Source of the DNA: Guillardia theta CCMP2712
Lineage: Eukaryota; Protista; Cryptophyta
Assembly: GCF_000315625.1 (NCBI RefSeq)
Contig: NW_005434672.1
Span: 1,085,374 to 1,149,373, forward strand
Reading direction: 5' to 3'
Length of the DNA: 64,000 bases
The position numbers were made by a program, and so were the translations under genes. The notes under the pieces are model-generated. The model saw only the letters and a program-made list of their open reading frames with translations. It did not search any database and was not told the DNA's origin. Shown here piece after piece: positions 51,001 through 63,391 of this stretch; the stretch's first letter is position 1, and the number at the start of each line of letters is the position of its first letter.

Positions 51001-53072
51001 CAGGACAACCTGAGCTACGTGACCAAAGTTTGGAGCTGCAGCATCCCCTCCCTCCTGCCTAACAGCAAGATATCCCGCGATCAAGCATGCATCATCGCTC
51101 AGGGCCTTATGAATGCGCAGGAACGACTTGCTCCTTTGCTCCTTGTCCTAACCTCTGCTCCCACCGTCTCTTTTTCTTTCTTGCTTTTCCTCCTCTTCAT
51201 CTACCTCCCACCTTCTTCCTCCCTCCCTGGCCTTTGCCTCCTTCTCCTTCTTTACCCGCTTCTCTCCGACGTGTTTCTGGCTCATCACCTGCTCGTGAAG
51301 CCCTTGCGCCTACCTGTCTTCCTCCTCCTCATCTCACTTGTCCTCTCCTCAGGTCTTCGCACATCTTGGGTCTGCCGCAGACTTCAGCGACGACGACACG
51401 CTCTACCGCTTCCTGGATGGAGAGGAACAGGCTCTCGTCCTTAACCGCCAGATCCTCTGGGCCGGAAACGCAAGGAGTGCGTGCTCCGTCTCGCAGGCAT
51501 GAGACACCTCTCCTCCTCTCTCCTTTCCTCCGCTCCTCCCTCCTGCCTTGCTCCCTCCTGCCTTGCTCCCTGCTCCCTGCTCCCTCCCTCACATGCAGTA
51601 GGAGCTTCTTCGGCAGGCGATCCTCCTGGCTCACGGCGATGGGCCGCGAGACTTTGCGACTGTGCAGGAGTTTCAGCAGCGAACCTGCGAGCTGCAGATG
51701 GTGAACTTGATCCAGGTCAGGAAGGAGGGAGCGGGAACGAGGATAGTGCAGAGAGCAAATGAGAAGGAGATTGGGAGTAGGGGAGAGAGGGAGAACTGAG
51801 GGAGGCGGGAAGAGCAGAGCAGAGGAGGGTTGGGGAGTGGGGTGCGGGCAATGGGAGTAGAAGTGGGACAGAAGGGAGTGGGATGCAGGAGGGAGGGACA
51901 AAGAGGAATGTAGGAAGTGGGAGAGATGGAGAAAGAGGAACGAAGGAAGGGGGAGGGAGGGAGAGGAACGAAGGAAGGGGGAGGAAGGAAGAGGGAGAGT
52001 GGGATGGAGAGGGACGAAGGGAGGTAGAGGAAGAGAGGGAGGGAAGGAGCTGACTCGCGCGCAGCTTCCCGTGGAGGAGCTGAGATGCTTCTTCATCAAC
52101 ATCTTTAACGTGCTCGTCCTACACGCCAAGATCACCTCCAAGTATCCCTCCAACGACAGTCACGTCGTTCCTCGATGCTCCTTCTTCCGCAACACCTCCT
52201 ACCAGGTCTGAACCTCCTTCTCCTTCTGCCTGCCCTCTCCCTTCCACTCTGTCCCATCTCGACTCGGCCCCTCCCTTATGATTCTTCTCCGATAACTCAA
52301 CTCCACAACTGCTCTCCTCCCGTCCCCCAATCCAAATCTCACTCACTCACTCTCCCTCCCTCTCCCCTCCCACTCCCTCTCCTCCTCCCCCTCTCTCTCC
52401 TCTTCTCTCCTCCTCTCCCTCTCCCTCCTCCCCTCAGGTCGGCAAGTACTTCTACTCTCTGGACGACATCTGCCGCGGCATCCTCCGAGCCAAGAAGTGT
52501 CTTTTCCTCGAGTGCGACCCTCGCGTCCACTTCGCCCTCTCCTACGGCACTTCCGCTACTCCTCCCGCCCGCGTGTTCACGCCGGAGAGCCTCGACAGGT
52601 CCCCAGCTGCTCCTCCACCTGCCCCTCTCTCCTCCAGCCTTCTGAGCCCTCCCACGACAGGCAGCTGGAGACGGCGACGAAGAAGTTCTGCACGGAGAGA
52701 GTGAAGGTAGACGTCAGTCAGGGAGAAATCACCTTGCCCGTCGTCTTTGACTGGTGAGGGGGAGGGGAGGAGGAGAGAGGAGAGAGGAGGGAGATGAGAG
52801 GGGGAAGCGGGGAGGAGGATAGTGGGCGATGGGAGCGGGAAAGGACGGGAAGGGAGTGAGTAGAAGAGAAGGACGTGACGGCTGGCAGGTATCGGAAAGA
52901 CTTCAGCAACAATCCTTCGGGGCTACTAAGCTGGGTGAGAGCTGGAGTTGCGCGTGCTCTCGAGCTGCCATCTGACTGGGTGCTGCAGGTGGCGAGCAGG
53001 CTTCCTCCCTCGCTCTCCCACCAGATCGCCCAGCTGGCTCAGAGGAAGGATGTCAAGATTGCGTTTGAATGA
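48089..53072 (+). CDS. Degenerate kinesin-like motor domain fused to DEP and DUF547 domains (multi-exon)
   Basis: Kinesin: FTFDRVF, CYGQKGSGK, DIYKETIRDLL, IPVRESTLTRML and TLRFAHR. DEP: YDKCFSGSQLVDWL..ISRDQA..FSDDDTLYRF. DUF547: FFINIFNVLVLHA, YSLDDI..GILR, DPRVHFAL and FDWYRKDF. Confidence 0.75.
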
Positions 53073-56000
53073 AATTTATTGTTTGAGCATGGTGAGGTTA
53101 CAGTGAGAGCAGGAGAAGAAACACACTTTACAGGCGAACGAGCAAAAAATCAGAGCATGGAGGAGGCGAGGGGGCAAGGCAAAACTGGCGCGTTAGGGTA
53201 GGACGGGGAGGAAGGAGAGTGGGAGAGGAGGAGGAGCCTGTCAGCTGGATGTTACACCTGCTGCTATGTCGATGTTCACTTCCTCTAACGCCTTCCCCTT
53301 CCCCTCAACAACCCAGAATGTCCTCATATCCTGCATGTCCTGTCAGTATCAGCCCTCCTCCTCCTCGTCCTCGTCCTCCTACCTCCTCCTCCTCCTCTAC
53401 CACCTCCTTTTCCACCTGTTCTTCCCTAGCGCGCCAGGTTTGCCTTGCCTTTCTCCCTTCCCTCCCTCCCTCCCTCCTATCGCGCTTCCCTCTCCCTCCC
53501 CCGTTCCCATCTGATCCCCTGCTCCTCCTTCCCCTCCTTTTAGCACTCACCCCTTTGCCCTTGACTTCGATCACCCCCCTCTCCACCAGCTCAACCACCC
53601 CCCCGACGTCCTGAGCCCTCAGCAGCTCCGCAGCTGCTTCTGAGCACTGGATAGACCCTGGGCGAGAGCTGGACTCCATCCTGGAGGCTGTGTTCACCGT
53701 GTCTCCGAACAGACAGTAGCGCGGGTTCCTCGCTCCTACCACGCTGGCAACGACTGGGCCGGAGTGAAAGCCGACGCGGAGGTTGAGGAAGCCCCTGCTC
53801 GCGTCCTCCCGGTCGATGGGGATGCGGTGAGCGAGCTCGATGGCCTTGAGGGAGAAGGAGGCGATGCGGAGGGTGTGGTCCGAGCTCTGATCCTCCACTA
53901 GGTTCGTCACCGCCATGTACGCGTCCCCGACGGTTTCCACCTGTGCAAGGGGTGAGTGAGAGGAGAGAGGAGAGGAGAGAAGAAAGAGAGTTGTAGGACG
54001 AGGAGATGGGAAGAACAAGAGAAAGCAAGTGAGAAGGGCTGGATGAGAAAGAGAAGAGGAGGAGGACGACGAAGGGGTAGGAGGAGGAGGAGGAGGAGGA
54101 CGAAGGGGTAGGAGGAGGAGAGCAAGGAGGAGGAGATGCATACCTTGAAGACCCCATATTCTTTGGAAAGCTCATCGAAGGACATGTAGAGGTTGTGAAG
54201 CATCTCAGATACTTTCTGAGGGTCGAGGGAGGAGCTGATGGTGGTGAAGCCGACGATGTCAGAGAAGAAGATCGTCACGCTCTCCTTCCTCTCAGGCTCC
54301 ACCCTCTTCCCGGCCTTCAGCGCGTCCGCCACGTGCCTGGGGAAGACCTCGTACAAGATCCTAGTCGCGTCCGCCTCCTCCGCTCCCGCCTTCTTGACAG
54401 GCAGCAGGAGGTCTGCGGCTTTGGAGTCCATGGCCTGCAGTCGTCGATCGATCTCGCTGATGGAGGGCCGGCTCTCGGGGATCTTGTTCCAGCAGTTCCT
54501 CATCAGCACCGCCATCTGTGACGGGCAGTCGGCAGGTATCTCCGGCCTCTTCTCCTCCTCTCTCTCCAGATCCGCCACTTGCCGCAGCACCTGCCTGACG
54601 TCCTCGTTGAGGAACGGGTCCTGCCTGCTGTAAACCTCCGCCAGGAGGATGCCGAGCGCGTACACGTCGCTGGCGAGGGAGTTGCTGCCTCCTCGCAGCA
54701 GCTCCGGGGCCATCCACAAGGGTGTGCCGCATGGACCCGATTTCTTGGTGCTCAACCCGAAGTCCGCGATCTTGGCTCGGAAGCGAGAGTCGACCAGCAC
54801 GTTGTGAGACTGAAGGAGGGAGAGCAAGCTGTTACAGTCGGCAGCGAGGAGGGGAGGGAGAGGGAGGAGAGAGTGGAGAGGGCGGGAAGGAAGCAGGGGC
54901 GATGGAGTAGGAGCAGCAGGAGGGGAGGGGAAGCGCGGCAGAGAAGGACGAGGAGATAGAGTACCTTGATGTCCCCGTGTATGATGGGAGGGTTCGCAGC
55001 GTGGAGGAAGTGTATCCCTTGTGTCACGTCGCAGAGCATGGGGAGGATGAGGTCTCCCTGGAGCTCGACCGTCTCGTTCCTCAAGAGCTCGTACAGGGAC
55101 CCGTTCTCCATGAGCTCCATCACCAGCAACGGCTCCTTCTTGTCCTTCACCGCTCCGATCACCGTCGTGATGCAAGGGTGTCGCAGGCGCGAGATGACCC
55201 TCATCTCTTTGATGAAGTTGTTGTACATCCTGCTGCGGGACGCCGTCCGGGTCGTGCCCGAGAACAAGAAAGAAAGGAACGACGTCGTACGACTGCCGCT
55301 CCCCTGATTCCTCCTGTCTCCCCTGAGCACGTCCAGGCTATCCGAGTTGCTACCACTTCGCATTTGGATGTTCTTGTCGCCCCGGATGCTCACCTCCACG
55401 TCACTGCCCCCGCTGCCGTTCCTTGCTGGGGCCTGCCTTCCCTGACTGTCATTGAGCCGACGGGGGCCTCTACCGCTGAAATCAACGTCAGGCACAGAGC
55501 TCGCGCTCGTCTCGCCGTTGGTCCCCTCTCGCTGATCAGAGCCCCGACCCAGCGAGCCGCTCTTCGTTCCCGAGTGGCTCCTCAGCACGCCGTTCTGCGT
55601 CGACCCGCTCCCTTGCACCCTGATCGCCTCCAACACCGCGGGGTCCTGCATGGAGAACATCCCGGTGGAGACCGAGGCTTTCTTGGCCGTCTGTGACGAA
55701 GGGAGCACTCGTTTCACCGCCACGTAAGAGCCGCGGAAAGAGGCTCGGATGACAACGCCGTAGCTCCCCTTGCCGAGCACAAGAGGAGGGCTGTCGAAGA
55801 CGAGCTCGTCCTTCCTGATCGTCCAGAAGGCATCCGAGTGTGTCATCTTGTACGTCGCGAACGCAGACATGGCGATCAAGACTACCACTCCAGCGCACAG
55901 CACGCCGATCATCCATGGCTGCAAGACGCTGTCTTGCACGCAGTCAGCGTCGGGGTGCTGCCTGGTGCGGTGTTTGCCAGCAGGACAGGGAGCGCATTTG

Positions 56001-57449
56001 TCGAGGGTATTTGACAAGAGGAAAGTGAGCTTGCAAGATAGGTTCTTGATGGTCGGGACGGCGGAGTCATCTGCCCCTAGCAAATAAGTGTTTACAGCTT
56101 CGAAGATGAGGTTTGAGTAGCCGTAGTGGTCTGGTCGAGTACCAAGGTCAAAGTAAGCTTCGTTGATAAATTCTTTTTGGTGAGTGATGAAGTTCAAGCT
56201 CTGCGCGTTCACGGTGCAGATGTCGGGATCAGGCAAGGTCGCACAGAGCTCCTTCTCAACATAGTCCTGAGCATTCAGCAGGGTTGGATAGTCTCCATTC
56301 CTTGCCTTGAAAACCTGCTGATTGTACGACGCGAGGTATTTCACCACCTTCTTCGTAGCCTCCAACGACTTGGTGTACCTGTTCACAGACCAGCCCCAGA
56401 ACCACGGGTTTGTGCTGCTCTGGTCGCTTGAAAGATACCCGGGGATGCGCGTGTAAGACGAGCGATTGCCGAAGCTGTGCTCCTGGCACTTGAACACGTT
56501 GAAAGGCTCGATGCAACCGTCGGGCTTCCACGTGTGGATCTCTCCGATGATGTGAGTGAGGTCGATCATGAAAGCTGCTCTCTCAAGTAGGAAGTCGAGC
56601 TTCGTCAGCTGCAAGTCCTCGTTGATGACCACTGCCGGCGTGATCCAACCGATCCACTTCCTCATCCTCTCCAGCGCTGCGACGGCGTTGGGGTTGTCGA
56701 TGTCCACCTCTCCCTTTGAATTCACGATCGCCCCGCCCCCATGGCTCGCGATGATCGACATGGTGATGACGGTGAGGTACTCGTTCGCCTGGCCCTGCCA
56801 CATCAGCCCCCAGAAGCAAGTTTCTCCCGGACACAGGGCTTGTCGCTCGCCCTCCTGGATCTTCACTGCCATCGCCTCCATCTCATCCCAAGTCCGCGGC
56901 GGCTCATGGTAACCGTACTTGTGCAGCAGGTCTCGCCGGTAGTAGAGCAGGTTGTAGTCCATGAACGAGGGGATGGACAGAAGCTTGCCGTGCGCATATC
57001 CTGCTTGGAGGAACTTGGGGTCGAACTGCTTCAGCTCGTCTGCGGTGAAGAAGGAGGAGAGGTCCATGAGTGAGTCCTCGATGCTATGTATCCACGACGC
57101 CTCCATCCTGAAGATGTCGAGCGGGCTCGCTGCATCAGGCTTTGCGTATCTGTTCTTGATGTACAGAATCTCGTCCTCAAGGTTCGGCGGGCAAACCACC
57201 CTTCGAAGATTGATGCCCTGTGCGGCCATCTGCAGCTTGGCCTCGGTGAACTCAGTGTTGTGACGGATCATGTTGCTGCCAGGATTCCAGTATACATCCT
57301 CACTGCTGACGATGGGCAGGATGGCACAAGAGAGGATAACAGTGAACAAGCGTGTGATGTGTACAGGAGCAAGGGAGAGTAGAAGCATGCTAGCAAGCGA
57401 GAAGAGGGGTATTGTCAGGGGAGGAGGAGAGCTTATAGTGTGCTAAGCA
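53071..57449 (-). repeat. Left arm of a ~4.4-kb inverted duplication (partner 58610-63075)
   Basis: Near-identical reverse complement including 5' flank, introns and 3' UTR to AATAAA. Confidence 0.95.
53241..57388 (-). CDS. Receptor kinase-guanylate cyclase with an extracellular sugar solute-binding (SBP_bac_1-like) domain, copy A; 3 introns
   Basis: Signal peptide; [20 protein letters not shown] (SBP); CAPCPAG; TM helix; kinase [22 protein letters not shown]; cyclase [17 protein letters not shown] and [17 protein letters not shown]. Confidence 0.93.
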
Positions 57450-58670
57450 CTAGTGTACCGCTTCAATTTTTCATTTCATCTTGAGAATGCCATTCATGGA
57501 GCGAAGTCCTGAAAAGCGCGTAATTAGTACATTTGATGTGAAAGTGAGAGTTACTTGTAGTTATGAAACGATAGAAGTCCAGCTCTGAAAACATCTTCAT
57601 ATTCTCTATGTTCATTTCCCATCCATCTCTCTATCTCAACCCGCCCGCCATTGATCCGCACTTCTTCCGTACTTCCACAAGTCATCTGACCCCTGCATTT
57701 TGGCGCCCACCCCCGTTAAAGTTGCCCCACCCTTCTCACTCAAGGCAAGCACACCCGTTCACTGCAAAAAAGAACCAGCTATACCCCTGCAATCCACTTG
57801 AGTACCCCCAATATGTTCCTTCTCACTACCCCTACCTCAAACCACCCCACCTCTCAGTCTCGTACGTCTCCTTGCTTTAGTCATGCACCCTACCCCCTCC
57901 AGTCAGTCATCACAAAGGAAAGATATGGAGCCTTCGGGTACCACGGGTGCTCTCGTGACACACTTACTGAACCCCCGCTCCCCTGCTCTACCTGAAGTCA
58001 TAATTGTACCAGAAATAACTAAAATTTCAATGGAAACCCCTTGATGAGTAAAACTGGTGACCCTTTTTATTTTAATGGTAAAAAAACCATTCAAGTTACA
58101 AGCAATCTCAAGGCAAGGCCTCTGAGGCGGGTCCGATCTCCATCTGCTCTAAAATACTAATAAAAATTTGTAAACCGACCAAATAAAATATTTTATAATT
58201 CTCCTGGGTCCCGGACAACGCCGGGTCCCCCCCTGCGGGCCGCCGGTGTGATGGCCGGCTGGCCGCCGGTCACTCAGCAATGCAGGGAGGCTGTTCTGGT
58301 AGGGTGTGACTTGATACGGAACCACAATGAAGGAGGGTGGGGTGGTGTGCTGACAATATCATTTGGGCACTACAGGGGTTGTTTTCTCAAGAATTTGTTG
58401 GAAATGGAGGGGTGGGTCCTGTATACCGATCTGCAGATACAGGAGGGAGATCCGACCACAAATGGCAGCAAGGAACAAGCAGCTCATGGCGGGTGGGATG
58501 CAAGACAAAGATGTCAAGAGAGGAGTGAATGAGCAGAGGACACTAGAAACATCTGCTACAAACAAGAATGCACAGCGCTGACGGGTTTCCCGGCATGAAA
58601 TCGTGATGCTGCTTAGCACACTATCAGCTCTCCTCCTCCCCTGACAATACCCCTCTTCTCGCTTGCTAGC

Positions 58671-61600
58671 ATGCTTCAACTCTCCCTTGCTCCTGGACAC
58701 ATCACACGCTTGTTCACTGTCATCCTCTCTTGCGCCATCCTGCCCATCGTCAGCAGTGAGGATGTGTACTGGAATCCTGGCAGCAACATGATCCGCCACA
58801 ACACTGAGTTCACCGAGGCCAAGCTGCAGATGGCCGCACAGGGCATCAATCTTCGGAGGGTGGTTTGCCCGCCGAGCCTTGAGGACGAGATTCTGTACAT
58901 CAAGAACAGATACGCAAAGCCTGATGCAGCGAGCCCGCTCGACATCTTCAGGATGGAGGCGTCGTGGATACATAGCATCGAGGACTCACTCATGGACCTC
59001 TCCTCCTTCTTCACCGCAGACGAGCTGAAGCAGTTCGACCCCAAGTTCCTCCAAGCAGGATATGCGCACGGCAAGCTTCTGTCCATCCCCTCGTTCATGG
59101 ACTACAACCTGCTCTACTACCGGCGAGACCTGCTGCACAAGTACGGTTACCATGAGCCGCCGCGGACTTGGGATGAGATGGAGGCGATGGCAGTGAAGAT
59201 CCAGGAGGGCGAGCGACAAGCCCTGTGTCCGGGAGAAACTTGCTTCTGGGGGCTGATGTGGCAGGGCCAGGCGAACGAGTACCTCACCGTCATCACCATG
59301 TCGATCATCGCGAGCCATGGGGGCGGGGCGATCGTGAATTCAAAGGGAGAGGTGGACATCGACAACCCCAACGCCGTCGCAGCGCTGGAGAGGATGAGGA
59401 AGTGGATCGGTTGGATCACGCCGGCAGTGGTCATCAACGAGGACTTGCAGCTGACGAAGCTCGACTTCCTACTTGAGAGAGCAGCTTTCATGATCGACCT
59501 CACTCACATCATCGGAGAGATCCACACGTGGAAGCCCGACGGTTGCATCGAGCCTTTCAACGTGTTCAAGTGCCAGGAGCACAGCTTCGGCAATCGCTCG
59601 TCTTACACGCGCATCCCCGGGTATCTTTCAAGCAACCAGAGCAGCACAAACCCGTGGTTCTGGGGCTGGTCTGTGAACAGGTACACCAAGTCGTTGGAGG
59701 CTACGAAGAAGGTGGTGAAATACCTCGCGTCGTACAATCAGCAGGTTTTCAAGGCAAGGAATGGAGACTATCCAACCCTGCTGAATGCTCAGGACTATGT
59801 TGAGAAGGAGCTCTGTGCGACCTTGCCTGATCCCGACATCTGCACTGTGAACGCACAGAGCTTGAACTTCATCACGCATCATGACGACCTCTTTGGAGAC
59901 TTCTACCTTGATCTTGATACTCGACCAGACCACTACGGCTACTCAAACCTCATCTTCGAAGCTGTACACGAATATTTACTAGGGGCAGATGACTCCGCCG
60001 TCCCGACCATCAAGAACCTATCTTGCAAGCTCACTTTCCTCTTGTCAAATACCCTCGACAAATGCGCTCCCTGTCCTGCTGGCAAACACCGCACCAGGCA
60101 GCACCCCGACNNNNNNNNNNNNNNNNNNNNNNNNNNNNNNNNNNNNNNNNNNNNNNNNNNNNNNNNNNNNNNNNNNNNNNNNNNNNNNNNNNNNNNNNNN
60201 NNNNNNNNNNTGCAAGACAGCGTCTTGCAGCCATGGATGATCGGCGTGCTGTGCGCTGGAGTGGTAGTCTTGATCGCCATGTCTGCGTTCGCGACGTACA
60301 AGATGACACACTCGGATGCCTTCTGGACGATCAGGAAGGACGAGCTCGTCTTCGACAGCCCTCCTCTTGTGCTCGGCAAGGGGAGCTACGGCGTTGTCAT
60401 CCGAGCCTCTTTCCGCGGCTCTTACGTGGCGGTGAAACGAGTGCTCCCTTCGTCACAGACGGCCAAGAAAGCCTCGGTCTCCACCGGGATGTTCTCCATG
60501 CAGGACCCCGCGGTGTTGGAGGCGATCAGGGTGCAAGGGAGCGGGTCGACGCAGAACGGCGTGCTGAGGAGCCACTCGGGAACGAAGAGCGGCTCGCTGG
60601 GTCGGGGCTCTGATCAGCGAGAGGGGACCAACGGCGAGACGAGCGCGAGCTCTGTGCCTGACGTTGATTTCAGCGGTAGAGGCCCCCGTCGGCTCAATGA
60701 CAGTCAGGGAAGGCAGGCCCCAGCAAGGAACGGCAGCGGGGGCAGTGACGTGGAGGTGAGCATCCGGGGCGACAAGAACATCCAAATGCGCAGTGGTAGC
60801 AACTCGGATAGCCTGGACGTGCTCGGGGGAGAGAGGAGGAATCAGGGGAGCGGCAGTCGTACGACGTCGTTCCTTTCTTTCTTGTTCTCGGGCACGACCC
60901 GGACGACGTCCCGCAGCAGGATGTACAACAACTTCATCAAAGAGATGAGGGTCATCTCGCGCCTGCGACACCCTTGCATCACGACGGTGATCGGAGCGGT
61001 GAAGGACAAGAAGGAGCCGTTGCTGGTGATGGAGCTCATGGAGAACGGGTCCCTGTACGAGCTCTTGAGGAACGAGACGGTCGAGCTCCAGGGAGACCTC
61101 ATCCTCCCCATGCTCTGCGACGTGACACAAGGGATACACTTCCTCCACGCTGCGAACCCTCCCATCATACACGGGGACATCAAGGTACTCTATCTCCTCG
61201 TCCTTCTCTGCCGCGCTTCCCCTCCCCCTCCTGCTGCTCCTACTCCATCATCCCTGCTTCCTTCCCGCCCTCTCCGCCGTCTCTCTCCCCTCCTCGCTGC
61301 CGACTGTAACATCTTGCTCTCCCTCCTTCAGTCTCACAACGTGCTGGTCGACTCTCGCTTCCGAGCCAAGATCGCGGACTTCGGGTTGAGCACCAAGAAA
61401 TCGGGTCCATGCGGCACACCCTTGTGGATGGCCCCGGAGCTGCTGCGAGGAGGCAGCAACTCCCTCGCCAGCGACGTGTACGCGCTCGGCATCCTCCTGG
61501 CGGAGGTTTACAGCAGGCAGGACCCGTTCCTCAACGAGGACGTCAGGCAGGTGCTGCGGCAAGTGGCGGATCTGGAGAGAGAGGAGGAGAAGAGGCCGGA

Positions 61601-62905
61601 GATACCTGCCGACTGCCCGTCACAGATGGCGGTGCTGATGAGGAACTGCTGGAACAAGCTCCCCGAGAGCCGGCCCTCCATCAGCGAGATCGATCGACGA
61701 CTGCAGGCCATGGACTCCAAAGCCGCAGACCTCCTGCTGCCTGTCAAGAAGGCGGGAGCGGAGGAGGCGGACGCGACTAGGATCTTGTACGAGGTCTTCC
61801 CCAGGCACGTGGCGGACGCGCTGAAGGCCGGGAAGAGGGTGGAGCCTGAGAGGAAGGAGAGCGTGACGATCTTCTTCTCTGACATCGTCGGCTTCACCAC
61901 CATCAGCTCCTCCCTCGACCCTCAGAAAGTATCTGAGATGTTGGACAACCTCTACATGTCCTTCGATGAGCTTTCAAAGGCGAGTGGAGTGTTCAAGGTA
62001 TGCATCTCCTCCTCCTCCTCCTCCTCCTTTTGTCCATGTCCTCGTTTCCTTCTAGTCTTTCCCCTTTTCCTGCTCAACCTTGTCTCCTCGTCCTACTGCT
62101 GGTCAACCTGCCTGCATCCCTCCTTGCTCTCCTCTTTCTTTTCTCCTCCCTGTTCTCTTTCCTTTCTTCCTGTTTTTATCCTCTCTCCTCTCACTCACCC
62201 CTTGCACAGGTGGAAACTATCGGGGACGCGTACATGGCGGTGACGAACCTCGTGGAGGATCAGAGCTCGGACCACACCCTCCGCATCGCCTCCTTCGCCC
62301 TCAAGGCCATCGAGCTCGCTCACCGCATCCCCATCGACCGGGAGGACGCGAGCAGGGGCTTCCTCAACCTCCGCGTCGGCTTTCACTCCGGCCCGGTCGT
62401 TGCCAGCGTGGTGGGAGCGAGGAACCCGCGCTACTGTCTGTTCGGAGACACGGTGAACACAGCCTCCAGGATGGAGTCCAGCTCTCGCCCAGGGTCTATC
62501 CAGTGCTCGGAAGCAGCTGCGGAGCTGCTGAGGGCTCAGGACGTCGGGGGGGTGGTGGAGCTGGTGGAGAGGGGGGTGATCGAAGTCAAGGGCAAAGGGG
62601 TGAGTTCTAAAAGGAGAAGGAGGAGCAGGGGATCAGATGGGAGCGGGGGAGGGAGAGGGAAGCGCGATAGGAGGGAGGGAGGGAGGGAAGGGAGAGAGGC
62701 AGAGGGGAGGGGAGAGCGAGGGAGGAGGAGGTGGAGGAGGAGGTGGTAGAGGAGGAGGAGGAGGTAGGAGGACGAGGACGAGGAGGAGGAGGGCTGATAC
62801 TGACAGGACATGCAGGATATGAGGACATTCTGGGTTGTTGAGGGGAAGGGGAAGGCGTTAGAGGAAGTGAACATCGACATAGCAGCAGGTGTAACATCCA
62901 GCTGA
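58671..62905 (+). CDS. Receptor kinase-guanylate cyclase with an extracellular solute-binding domain, copy B; 3 introns; internal N gap
   Basis: Same motifs as copy A; last exon [10 protein letters not shown]...VTSS* with stop at 62903-62905. Confidence 0.92.
60111..60210. other. Assembly gap (100 N)
   Basis: N run. Confidence 1.
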
Positions 62906-63075
62906 CAGGCTCCTCCTCCTCTCCCACTCTCCTTCCTCCCCGTCCTACCCTAACGCGCCAGTTTTGCCTTGCCCCCTCGCCTCCTCCATGCTCTGATTTT
63001 TTGCTCGTTCGCCTGTAAAGTGTGTTTCTTCTCCTGCTCTCACTGTAACCTCACCATGCTCAAACAATAAAATTC

Positions 63076-63175
63076 NNNNNNNNNNNNNNNNNNNNNNNNN
63101 NNNNNNNNNNNNNNNNNNNNNNNNNNNNNNNNNNNNNNNNNNNNNNNNNNNNNNNNNNNNNNNNNNNNNNNNNNN
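63076..63175. other. Assembly gap (100 N)
   Basis: N run. Confidence 1.
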
Positions 63176-63391
63176 GTCCTCCTCCTCCTCCTCCTCCTCC
63201 TCCTCTCTGCTACTGCAGCAGCAGCTGCTGCTCCTTCTTCTCTTGCCCCTGCCCCTGCTGCTCTTCTTCTTCTTCTGCTCCTTCTTCTCTTGCCCCTGCC
63301 CCTGCTGCTCTTCTTCTTCTTCTGGCCCTTGCCCCTGCTGCTCCTGCTGCCCCTGCTCCATCCCCCACAACCAACTTTCCTCTCACGTCAG

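Larger units (their letters stand above)
58610..63075 (+). repeat. Right arm of the inverted duplication; runs into an assembly gap
   Basis: Reverse complement of 53071-57449. Confidence 0.95.

Noticed and set aside
58671-62243. 1190-aa single ORF as the real protein
   Set aside because: It reads through an N gap and two introns (after HGDIK and GVFK); the true CDS is spliced and ends at 62905.
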